Part shown: piece by piece, positions 54,345 through 63,299 of the stretch
How the letters are laid out: each line of letters opens with the position of its first letter
Position numbering within the stretch: position 1 is the first letter of the stretch
NCBI GenBank assembly: GCA_963840855.1
Contig: CAWJBB010000061.1
Coordinates: forward strand, 96,001 to 160,000
Direction of reading: 5' to 3'
Source: an uncultured delta proteobacterium
GTDB lineage: Bacteria; Desulfobacterota; Binatia; UBA9968
DNA: 64,000 nt
Translations under genes and position numbers: made by a program
The notes under the pieces: generated by a model
The model's database searches: none
The model's input: the letters and a program-made list of their open reading frames with translations, nothing else
Told to the model about the DNA's origin: nothing

Positions 54345-54851
54345 GCTTTTCTCTGCTCTTTCCACGCGACACTCGACCCTCGACACTCGACCGTTATCAC
54401 TTGATTCATTGCGCACCTCGTTTCGAGCGTTACTTATCACGCGGATGGAGATAAAGGAAAGTGTGATTTACACGACAGAAGGCTAAAGGTATTCCGTCGA
54501 GTGGGAAAACCAGATTTTTAGCCTGAGATTGAGTTGATCGACGCTTCAGTTCAATCGGATGGTGGATACACCTTTTTGATTGGTAGTCAGAAGGGCTGCC
54601 GTACTGCGTATCTACTTTGGACTCTTTTGTAGCTGTCCGGGACGTGTCCGGGTCCGCGTGAATCGAACCGAACCGCCGACACGAGGCAAAAAAACCGAAG
54701 ATCGCCAAGTGATATGCAGTGATAAATCTTTTCAGATCAACGACTTCACATCCGCTCCGGTTTCACTGAGTGAGAAGGATTGCTAACCAGGTTTGGAACA
54801 AAAACCGGAACAATTCTTCGGCTAGGTTTCCTGCTTGATCCAAGTTGCGCT

Positions 54852-55925
54852 TCATCTCGCCGTTTTTACACGCGCCGCCGTCGCACTGGTAATGTAAGGA
54901 ACGGCAGATTTCGGGTATGGCGCAACACTGCTAACGTTGATTTCGCAAAGCACATAGGTGTCTTTGCCGCTTTTGTCCTTGGGCCCGAGCAGGAAATCGC
55001 AATCCCAGAGAATGGGAAGATTCTCGGTTTCGATTCCAAGCAGTTGCTGCGCTGCCGGCAGCCAGTCATGCTCTAACTTTTGTTTCAGAGCCTGGAATTC
55101 CGGCTTGGTGGGCGGATCGTAAAACCGGGGGCCAGGTTGGGGCGCTTCCGTTGGCGGTGCGCCGGAAGGCGCAGGGAACAACGCATTGACAGCCTGATGT
55201 CCAAATCCGGCCACCCTCTCTTCAACGAGATAACAGCGAATCATGCCGTCCGGGAGCCGCTCTTGATATTTCTGGTCAATCATCCGACCATCCGACAAAA
55301 AATATTCTTCGCAACGCGCAAAGAATTTATCTAGCGTGATCTCCTCTTCGGTGCAGCCGCGTTTCGCATGGCGAACCCGAAGAATGCTTTCCGGCTGCGC
55401 CGGCCTGCCGCTAACGCGTCCAGCACTCATTTGGACTTTCCAGACGCCGATTCCGCCGTTACCACGGTACTGCTTGAGTACACGGGCTTCCCCATTCGCT
55501 AAGCGCGCAGGCAGTTCCTGACGCATCTGTTCCATGCTGCTGTAAAGATGCGTATCGCATCCCCAACCGATATGACGCGTTCGGTATAAAACTTCCTTGG
55601 TTCCCAATTTCAGGATGATGTCGGGATGGGCGCTGATAAAAATCCCGTTCGCTGCCACCTCACGAAGCATGGAATCGAGAACCGACCTGTTGCGCCCGTC
55701 TTGAATAGGATTGACCCACACGAGGACACCGTCAACTCGCATAAGTTGATCCCGAACCTCAGCGCAAAAATCGTCGCTATAAACCGCGGGTTCCGCGTAT
55801 ATCCCTCTATCGGCAAAAGCCGCCAATAAATCCGCAAACCGGTTATTTTCAGTGGTTGCGTTCGTCCTGTCTCTGTAATCACCAGGGTAGAGAATTGCGA
55901 TCCGTTCGCGATCATCCTGCGCCAT
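54852..55925 (-). CDS. Cj0069-family ATP-grasp protein
   Basis: GVLVWVNP, HPDIILKLGTKEVL, RVLKQYRGNGGIGVW, LWDCDFLLG, LCEINVSSV. Confidence 0.8.
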   Translation of the reverse strand: MAQDDRERIAILYPGDYRDRTNATTENNRFADLLAAFADRGIYAEPAVYSDDFCAEVRDQLMRVDGVLVWVNPIQDGRNRSVLDSMLREVAANGIFISAHPDIILKLGTKEVLYRTRHIGWGCDTHLYSSMEQMRQELPARLANGEARVLKQYRGNGGIGVWKVQMSAGRVSGRPAQPESILRVRHAKRGCTEEEITLDKFFARCEEYFLSDGRMIDQKYQERLPDGMIRCYLVEERVAGFGHQAVNALFPAPSGAPPTEAPQPGPRFYDPPTKPEFQALKQKLEHDWLPAAQQLLGIETENLPILWDCDFLLGPKDKSGKDTYVLCEINVSSVAPYPKSAVPYITSATAARVKTAR

Positions 55926-56033
55926 GCGAGTTTCTCTTTCGTGCGTCTTCGACGCGGACGTTTCCCGCGTCCACGCGTGTTACTAACAAGAATTCAGGGC
56001 TGCCTGACAGGCTTAAGCCGGCGCAATTGGTTT

Positions 56034-56627
56034 TTATGAATGTGCATTTTGGCTGTAAAGCGTCGAGACATTCTCCCAATTGAGGTTTTGCATGAACGCA
56101 TCGACATAGGCGGCTGCTTTGGCGCCGTAGTCGATATGATACGAATGCTCGTACATATCGAGCGCGAGAATTGGGCTGCCTCCTGCCAGAGAACAGGTAT
56201 GATCGGCAGCCCACTGATTGATGAGCTTTTTATCGCGACGCGAATAGGTCAACAAAACCCACCCCGATCCGCCGCCGAGCGCTTTACCCATCGCGGCAAA
56301 CTGGGTCTGCCATCTTTCCAGGCTGCCAAAGTCTCTGACCAAGGCTCCTTGCAGATTTTTGTCGGGTTCGCCTCTGTTTCCAAAGCCGTCAAAATAAAGT
56401 TCGTGCAAGATCATCGAGTTGCTGGCAATCAACTCTTCGCGCTTCAAGCCGTTGATGAGAAACACGGGGGCGGTTGCGAAATCCAGCGATTCCAATTGCT
56501 CTGTGATGGCATTCAGGCGTTTCACCGCGCCGCCGTAATTGTTCTCGTAGTGACTAACGATGAGTTGTTCCGAGAGCCCTTTGAGCTTGGCGGGAACGCA
56601 GGAGAGCGGTTTCATTTCGTACGGCAT
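56034..56627 (-). CDS. chrC: Fe/Mn superoxide dismutase family protein, ChrC-like
   Basis: HYENNYGGAVKRLN, LHELYF, GGSGW, DMYEHSY; downstream of chrA. Confidence 0.8.
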   Translation of the reverse strand: MPYEMKPLSCVPAKLKGLSEQLIVSHYENNYGGAVKRLNAITEQLESLDFATAPVFLINGLKREELIASNSMILHELYFDGFGNRGEPDKNLQGALVRDFGSLERWQTQFAAMGKALGGGSGWVLLTYSRRDKKLINQWAADHTCSLAGGSPILALDMYEHSYHIDYGAKAAAYVDAFMQNLNWENVSTLYSQNAHS

Positions 56628-56645
56628 AAAGGATTCCTCCGAGGG

Positions 56646-57317
56646 TTACTTGGAATCAAGAGACTCAACAGCAAGATCATCGAAATACGCAACCGAATCC
56701 GCCTTAGTCCAAAGCCCCACCTTTCCGCCCTCTGTAAATGTTCGGTCACGAGCATCTATGACCATCTTGCTATTCCAATACACTTGGAAGCGATCATCTC
56801 GCGCATCGATACTAAGCGTGTTCCAAGCGCCTGCCGCTACTAGTCCATCCCAACCTGCAAACTGCTGACGCTTGCCATCTTTGACGTAGTAAAGACGGAC
56901 ATTATTTTCCAAAGCGTTGGCGCGGACCACGTAATAGTTGTTCTCATCGAGGTACCGGAAAACGAGCCCACAAGCCTGGTCAACTTTTCCGGAAACTGCT
57001 TTACAGCGTACGGACAAACGAAGATTTGCAAGCGAAACAGAATCCGCGACGGCGACGGGAAAACGGTAGCTGGTCGCATCCGTGTCTAACTGCGCCAGAA
57101 CCTTCGTCCCACTCGGGGAGTCCTTTTCAGCTCCCACCAGCCATCGGCCCGTGCGACCGCTTCCGGTTCTCGCGAAGCTAAAACGGGACGGAGGTTTACC
57201 GGCCGGATCGCTTTCAAAATCCCACTTCCAGCTTACGGCATTGCCGTGTGTAGTAAGAGTCATAATGATGGCAAAAACACTCATTCCAAAAAACAGGATC
57301 CCCCGGAAGAATTTCAC
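56646..57317 (-). CDS. Secreted beta-sandwich protein (DUF1080/ConA-like)
   Basis: Signal peptide; GKVDQACGLVFRY..NNYYVVRANALENN; GKVGLWTKADSV..FDDL. Confidence 0.75.
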   Translation of the reverse strand: MKFFRGILFFGMSVFAIIMTLTTHGNAVSWKWDFESDPAGKPPSRFSFARTGSGRTGRWLVGAEKDSPSGTKVLAQLDTDATSYRFPVAVADSVSLANLRLSVRCKAVSGKVDQACGLVFRYLDENNYYVVRANALENNVRLYYVKDGKRQQFAGWDGLVAAGAWNTLSIDARDDRFQVYWNSKMVIDARDRTFTEGGKVGLWTKADSVAYFDDLAVESLDSK

Positions 57318-57396
57318 TGCTTATCCTCCGTCCGGACAAGTTTTCCACGGTAATCGTAAAGCGGTTCGTAAACTGATGCTCCCCTCAAGAGCGAGA

Positions 57397-58635
57397 TCAC
57401 CCGCCGCGCACGAGGGGCCAGAGAATCAATCCGACCACCCCCGAAACGGTGACGATAATCGGTTCGGAAATTTTGAAACGCCAGAGGATGCCGAAGCTCA
57501 CCAGCGCGATGATCACCGTCGGCCAATCCGTGATCGCCCGCGTGGCGAGAACTATGACGGCGCCGGTGATGGCGCCGGTAGCCGCGGCGGTCGCGCCGTC
57601 AACGAACGCTTTGAGTTGAGGATTTTCGCGGTGGCGTTTGAACCACGGCGCCGGGATGATGGTAAATACGTAAACCGGTAAAAAAATACCGATGGAGGCC
57701 ATGACCGCCCCGGCGAACCCGGCAACTAAAAAACCGATGAAGGCGACGGTAATGACCACAGGGCCCGGCGTGATCATCGCCACCGCGACCGCGTCAAGAA
57801 ATTGATGCTCGGTTAGCCAACCGAATTGTTGCACCACTCCTTGCTGCAAAAATGGAATGATAGCTAGTCCGCTGCCGAACACGAAGGCGCCCGCCTTTGT
57901 GAAAAATAGCAAAATCTGCGCGAGCAGATCCTGAGAATCGGCCGCAGTACCCGTTTGCCGGAGCCACGCCTCCAGCAACCAAACAGCCGCCCCCAGGATT
58001 GCGGCGCCGAGACTCATGAGCAAACCGCTTTTCCAACCCGGCCAGGCGTGCGCCAGCAGTACCACGAGGCCTGCGAGAATGAAGAATTCCGCCAACTCGG
58101 CTTGCGCCCATACTGTAACCACCGTGAGGATCGCAAAAACACTCCACAGCACAGGATCACGCTTGTTGGTGCTGCGCGCCAACTTGTATGCGGCGATTGC
58201 AATAATGGCGATCACCGTGGCGCCAATGGCATAGAAAAGAGCCTGCATCCACCACAGCCCGCCGTATGCGACGTAAGCGAGCGAGATGGCGACGACCATA
58301 AGAAACGAAGGGATGATAAAGGCCAGCCCAACCAAAGTCGCGCCGATTGTGCCCGCTTCGAAATAGCCGATGGCAATGGCTGTCTGTGCCGCGAGTGGCC
58401 CCGGCATGATTTGAGCAAGCGCCAGTGACAGCTTGTAGGTATCTTCGGTGATCCACTGCCGTCGCTCGACCAGGTCTCGATGCATGAAGCCCACCAATGC
58501 AACGGGGCCACCGAACCCTATGGTGCCGAGCTTGAGAAAGTAAGCGGTGAGAGGCCAAAGGCCGGCTTTGTTTACAGAGATTGCTTCAGCGCTTGCCGTA
58601 CCCGGCCTCTGTATTGAACTGGATGTTTGTTGCAT
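57397..58635 (-). CDS. chrA: Chromate efflux transporter
   Basis: GTIGFGGP, AQIMPGPLAAQ, AFVFGSG, AMITPGPVV. Confidence 0.93.
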   Translation of the reverse strand: MQQTSSSIQRPGTASAEAISVNKAGLWPLTAYFLKLGTIGFGGPVALVGFMHRDLVERRQWITEDTYKLSLALAQIMPGPLAAQTAIAIGYFEAGTIGATLVGLAFIIPSFLMVVAISLAYVAYGGLWWMQALFYAIGATVIAIIAIAAYKLARSTNKRDPVLWSVFAILTVVTVWAQAELAEFFILAGLVVLLAHAWPGWKSGLLMSLGAAILGAAVWLLEAWLRQTGTAADSQDLLAQILLFFTKAGAFVFGSGLAIIPFLQQGVVQQFGWLTEHQFLDAVAVAMITPGPVVITVAFIGFLVAGFAGAVMASIGIFLPVYVFTIIPAPWFKRHRENPQLKAFVDGATAAATGAITGAVIVLATRAITDWPTVIIALVSFGILWRFKISEPIIVTVSGVVGLILWPLVRGG

Positions 58636-58738
58636 AAGGTACCCTTGTTCCCTGCGCCTCTTTTTGCCGGTGCTTCTGTTCGTGTAGTCTATATTGTATC
58701 CGTTATATAACAGCTGTATCTTTATCAAGGAAATATCG

Positions 58739-59716
58739 ATGCAGTCAACAAACGAAGGGCGGTGGTTTCTGCTTATTCATCAGATTCCACCGAAGCCAAA
58801 TTACTTGCGGGTAAAAATCTGGCGCCGATTACAGCGGCTCGGCGCAGTGCCGATCAAAAACACCGTTTACGTTCTACCGAAAAGCGATCAGGCACGAGAA
58901 GATTTTCAGTGGGTGCTGCGAGAGATTGTGCAGGGAGGCGGAGACGGTACTCTCTGCGAAGCTCGATTGGTTGACGGAGTGACCGATGAGCAGGTTGAGG
59001 CGTTGTTTCAGTCGGCTCGCGAGGCCGACTACGGACAGATTGCTAAAGACGCCCGTGTGATAGCCAAGACTCTACCGACCAGAGGCAAACTCGCGACGCA
59101 GGATACGACTCAAATTCAACAGGATATAGTGCGACTCAAACGACGGCTTGATGAGGTCGTCGCGATCGATTTCTTCGGCGCTCCGGCTCGGGAGGCCGCA
59201 ACTGGATTGATCACGGGGATCGAAGCTCGCTTGCCCAGCAGTAAAGCAAGCCATCGCGCTTTCGAAACGGGAGAGCGCGCTCGCGAGAACTTGTTAGGCA
59301 AGACTTGGGTGACACGTAAAGGAATCCACGTTGACCGAATGGCAAGCGCCTGGCTCGTCCGCCATTTCATCGATTCGGATGCGAAATTCAAGTTTGTTCC
59401 AGCCAAGGGCTATAAGCCACTCAATGATGAAATACGATTCGACATGTTCGAGGCAGAATACACGCATGTGGGAGACCGCTGCACTTTTGAAGTTTTAATC
59501 GACAGTCTCGGGATTTCGGATTCTGCCCTGAGTGCGATTGGCGAGATCGTTCACGATATCGATTTGAAGGATGCAAAATTTGAACGGCACGAAACCACCG
59601 GCGTTGACCACTTGATTGCGGGCATAGCTATGGCCCATAAGGACGATGAGAGTCGGCTCGCCCAGGCTGCTGCCGTCTTCAATAACCTGTACGAGTATTT
59701 TAAGAGAAAGGAGTAA
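58739..59716 (+). CDS. chrB: Chromate resistance regulator ChrB
   Basis: RVKIWRRLQRLGA, IDFFG, WVTRKGIHVDRMASAWL, FDM...THVGDRCTFE, IVHDIDLKD. Confidence 0.92.
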   Translation: MQSTNEGRWFLLIHQIPPKPNYLRVKIWRRLQRLGAVPIKNTVYVLPKSDQAREDFQWVLREIVQGGGDGTLCEARLVDGVTDEQVEALFQSAREADYGQIAKDARVIAKTLPTRGKLATQDTTQIQQDIVRLKRRLDEVVAIDFFGAPAREAATGLITGIEARLPSSKASHRAFETGERARENLLGKTWVTRKGIHVDRMASAWLVRHFIDSDAKFKFVPAKGYKPLNDEIRFDMFEAEYTHVGDRCTFEVLIDSLGISDSALSAIGEIVHDIDLKDAKFERHETTGVDHLIAGIAMAHKDDESRLAQAAAVFNNLYEYFKRKE

Positions 59717-60140
59717 GACTTTAGGATGGACCTCCGGGAGCATAAATCGCGACGGTTCCGGAATTGGCTCCACTTTGCTTTGGCTCATTTGGGTTGAATT
59801 CGAATGTGCCAAAAACCATCTGAAAAGGCACGGCAAATTCCTCAGATTTTTGGCTAATTCAGCGGAACGCATTCGGCAGCCAATAAAAAATGATTTTGGA
59901 TAGGGGCGGAATTAAGTAGAAGGAGAAATCAGTTTAATCCTGGCATCGCGGCTTCGCTTTCCTTCGCTCACTACACCAGAACAGTGGCGGCTTATCCAAA
60001 GTCGAATTTCGGACGTGTTCGGCGAAAGCGAAGCGCTCAGTTTAAGGTTGTCGCTGGCGGGCGCCGGACGTTGGGCCGTCGCCAACCCGGTTGACGCGGT
60101 AGCTTGTCTTGTATCTCCCGTTCGAAATCTCCCAGCTGGG

Positions 60141-61346
60141 CTAAGGCGCGTTATAATTCTGTCCGGCTACCAGCCAGGGCGTCTGACCGAAGGTGAGCTT
60201 CCCGAATACTCCGGCGTGATCGGATGCCCAATTGGGCGGCAGGAATAACGGGAAGATGGGAACCTGGCCTGTGACGAACGCCAGCGGCACGAACGACTGT
60301 TCGCGTACGAAGATGACGTCGATTCTTTCGTTGAGGAGTGACACCGTGTTTGACAGGTCCGCCAACTGGCAGCAGGTGAAACCGCCCGGATTGAAGAACT
60401 TAAGAGGGTTCGTGTCCCAGATGTCCGCGAAACCCGCGCCGGCGATGATCTGGTAGGGCGGAGTGACGCCGGCGATTGGTTCATGCTCGGGCGAGGAGTT
60501 GAAGTCGCCGACGAGAATCAGCGTCAGGTTGGGGGGCGTGGTTGCTTGCAACGTTGCGACCAGTTCCACCGACTGTAGGGACTGGAAAATCGCGCCGAGC
60601 TCCCTGACCTCAAGATGCGTGTTGACAAAGCGATATTTCTTCCCCCTCACGGTGGCGTCGACGCCGACGAAGCCTTTCTGGATACTGATCGGCTCGTCGA
60701 AGAACGGCGAATCGACTTGCGCCACGGTGGTGTAGTTGCAGCCGTCCTCTGAGGGCGAGGACTGGAGTGGGAAAGGAAACGGTGTCAGTGGAACAATAAC
60801 CCCACAGAGCCCGCCGGCGGTGACGTTCCCCTTTAGTAGAGTGAACGTGACGCCTTTTCGGGCCAGAATCACGTCACGGTCGACCACCCTCACCGTCTCA
60901 GGGGTTCCGTCCCCATTCACGTCGAAGAGAATTGTAATGTCCAAGTTTACTACTGTCGCTGCCACAACATAACTCTGGCCCTTGGCAGCAAGGGCGGCGA
61001 GAGTCACGGCCAGATGGTCGACGAAGGGCGGTCCGACATTCGCCCCGTTCAGCTTGAGATCAACGACCTCCTGGAGGCCGATCAGATCCGGCTCGGTGAG
61101 GGCGACCTCCGTGGCCAAGCGCTGGGCTCTAAGCGGGAAGTTGTTGGCTGCAGCCTGCGTGAGCGCAGTGGCCGCTGCGACGAACAACTCCTCTGGCGTC
61201 TGCGCCAGAATTATCGGCGTCAGATCCGCACCGAGATACTGATTTCGCGTCATCACCTTGACAATGTCGCCGTCAGCAAAAGTCGGAGCGGAAAATACGG
61301 TGAGAACCAGCAGTCCCCCGAGGGCGAGTCCGAATAGGCGTTTCAT
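60141..61346 (-). CDS. Secreted endonuclease/exonuclease/phosphatase family protein
   Basis: Signal peptide; VMTRN, IGLQEV, VNTHLE, VGDFNS, RIDVIF, SDHAGV. Confidence 0.88.
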   Translation of the reverse strand: MKRLFGLALGGLLVLTVFSAPTFADGDIVKVMTRNQYLGADLTPIILAQTPEELFVAAATALTQAAANNFPLRAQRLATEVALTEPDLIGLQEVVDLKLNGANVGPPFVDHLAVTLAALAAKGQSYVVAATVVNLDITILFDVNGDGTPETVRVVDRDVILARKGVTFTLLKGNVTAGGLCGVIVPLTPFPFPLQSSPSEDGCNYTTVAQVDSPFFDEPISIQKGFVGVDATVRGKKYRFVNTHLEVRELGAIFQSLQSVELVATLQATTPPNLTLILVGDFNSSPEHEPIAGVTPPYQIIAGAGFADIWDTNPLKFFNPGGFTCCQLADLSNTVSLLNERIDVIFVREQSFVPLAFVTGQVPIFPLFLPPNWASDHAGVFGKLTFGQTPWLVAGQNYNAP

Positions 61347-61767
61347 CGTGCCTCTCCTTTCGCAAAAGGTTCGCCGCTGGACGGCGCCGTCCTCACATTT
61401 ACCGGACCGAGAAAAACCCGATTAGGAAGGTCGGGCTGGTAACCCAAATCTTTGCTTAGGACAACGCGGAAACCATAGTCAAGACAGCGTCAGTCTGTCA
61501 ATGCCGAAGTAGTGAGTGCCGAAGTAGTGAGTATGCTGACCAGTATATTACTGATTTGAAAAATCCCACCTGTCACCGCCGCGCGGTTTTCTTCCATCAC
61601 ATTGTCGGCCATTTTTCAATTTCACGATCACGGCTCGTTAAATCGCTTCTTTTTCGGCTTACGTGACTAGGAATATTTACCGAATTCGCCTTTGAATTAT
61701 ACCAGGCCATTGCTGTTCGAATAAGGCCCTTGTTTTTAAGCGCCGGGTTACCTATAAGAGCCGAACC

Positions 61768-62091
61768 ATGAAAGTCACACGACTCTACACCGGAGTGGAC
61801 CGCCAGTCGCATTTCGAAGAAATCGAGGTGGAGATCAACAAGCTCCAGCCGGGGGATGGTATTGTTTTCCGTGAAGGTACCCCCGACAGTGTTAACCGCT
61901 GGCATCAGGCACCTAGACGGCAGTATGTGATCAACCTGTCAGGTGAAACTGAGATCGAGATCGGCGATGGTACCAAGCGGCGCTTCGGCCCTGGCGATGT
62001 TCTTCTGGCAGAGGATACTTCCGGTCAGGGTCATATCTCGCGAGACGTAGGCGCCCAGCCGCGCCGCTTTGTATTCATCCCTGTAAAATAA
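61768..62091 (+). CDS. Cupin-fold protein
   Basis: WHQAPRRQYVINLSG...EDTSGQGHISR. Confidence 0.85.
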   Translation: MKVTRLYTGVDRQSHFEEIEVEINKLQPGDGIVFREGTPDSVNRWHQAPRRQYVINLSGETEIEIGDGTKRRFGPGDVLLAEDTSGQGHISRDVGAQPRRFVFIPVK

Positions 62092-62201
62092 GAGAAGCGC
62101 ATTTCATCGCAGCACGAACTGTTCGCGTCAGACAAATTTCACAAGATTTGGTTGATGGAGAATTCAATTCAATCCTGGCAGCGCAGCTTGGTTTTCTGCC
62201 A

Positions 62202-62255
62202 TCACTTGATCACTTTGTCCGCGCGCGCCAACACATTCAGCGGAATCGTGAGACC
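62202..62255 (-). pseudogene. 3' tail of an ABC_sub_bind gene
   Basis: GLTIPLNVLARADKVIK*, followed on the minus strand by the conserved spacer. Confidence 0.75.
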
Positions 62256-62553
62256 CCATAGCAAGATTTCACCATTTAGGTGTATCCGTCCGATCTGTAA
62301 TTACCGAAACTGTGTTGTTCGGCAAAAACAGAACTTGAGATCGATTGATTAAAGATCGAACGTTTCGGTCTACACTTTGCCTGGGGCTGATGGAGTTGCC
62401 GCCGCGTGCAAGCAAAGATGCAAAACGATAAGAAGTTCCTGGATCGAATCGATGGCCTCGCCGACAAGATCTTTCAACAAGGCCTTGAGCCTTGACGGCC
62501 CACAGACCCTATAGCCCAATCTCTTCCCTCGAATCCAGCCTCCTTGTGTAGAC

Positions 62554-63267
62554 TTAATTCACGCGGCTCATCGCCTTTCTCAGTGCTGTGACCAATTTGC
62601 AGAAGTTAGCGTTGGTATTATTCTTACGCAATTCTCTGGTATCGCAGCCTGGAGCAAATAGTGACTCGCGATAAGTCTTTCCCATTTCTAACTGCACACC
62701 GGCGCCGGTCGTAGTTTTATTGCAGATGTTCTCGGGATTATTGCCATTTGTGTCTGCGTCGTCATTACTAGTAGCAGCGGGTATCCCTGCTGCTGTCAAT
62801 TCTTCCAGGACAATATTCATTAGCTCGGTATCAAGCCCACCGATTTGAATTTTTCCGTTAGCAGCCGTGTCGCTCAAGCCGTGTAATGAAAGGCAACGCT
62901 TCGAAATCTGAACCAACTTCAACGCAATGGGATCATCATAATGGGTGGAAGTGACATGCAGTTTGCTATTACAGTCAGCCAACAGACCTTCGAAGATCCA
63001 TAGATCATGCAATCCAAAACAATCTGAAGCGTGGGCAAAAGTTGCCGGATGATATCCGGCAACGGCTAGGGCGATTTCGCTGGTACCGGGCTCGATCCCG
63101 CCGCCGTGAAGGGCGAGAACTATCTTCTGACCTTCAAGATTGTCGGTAGCTTGACCTTCTACGATCTGAATCCATTCATGGCGCCTCCAGCGCTTGCCGT
63201 AGGTTGTTCCCTCAACGTTTGATGGATCTTTATAGAGTGCTGTCATCGAACAGTATTGGTCTGGCAT
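62554..63267 (-). CDS. Poly-gamma-glutamate hydrolase family protein (DUF867)
   Basis: HGGGIEPGTSEIA, FEG, LHVTSTHYDDP, SLHG, NICN, GVQLEM. Confidence 0.85.
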   Translation of the reverse strand: MPDQYCSMTALYKDPSNVEGTTYGKRWRRHEWIQIVEGQATDNLEGQKIVLALHGGGIEPGTSEIALAVAGYHPATFAHASDCFGLHDLWIFEGLLADCNSKLHVTSTHYDDPIALKLVQISKRCLSLHGLSDTAANGKIQIGGLDTELMNIVLEELTAAGIPAATSNDDADTNGNNPENICNKTTTGAGVQLEMGKTYRESLFAPGCDTRELRKNNTNANFCKLVTALRKAMSRVN

Positions 63268-63299
63268 AGTATTTTTCCTCTCCGTTATTGGGGCACGTA

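Noticed and set aside
61502-61531. Short tandem duplications (TGCCGAAGTAGTGAG x2; also 53173-53211 and the TTGAACG repeats at 2892-2920)
   Set aside because: Only two or three units in intergenic DNA, with no evidence of function.
33209-62255. CRISPR array or diversity-generating retroelement
   Set aside because: Repeats are kilobases apart and degenerate, with no cas genes, no reverse transcriptase and no adenine-specific TR/VR pattern.
33209-62255. Canonical integron
   Set aside because: No IntI or other tyrosine recombinase in the window, the hairpin lacks canonical attC boxes, and cargo has its own promoters and mixed orientation. Kept only as an analogy.
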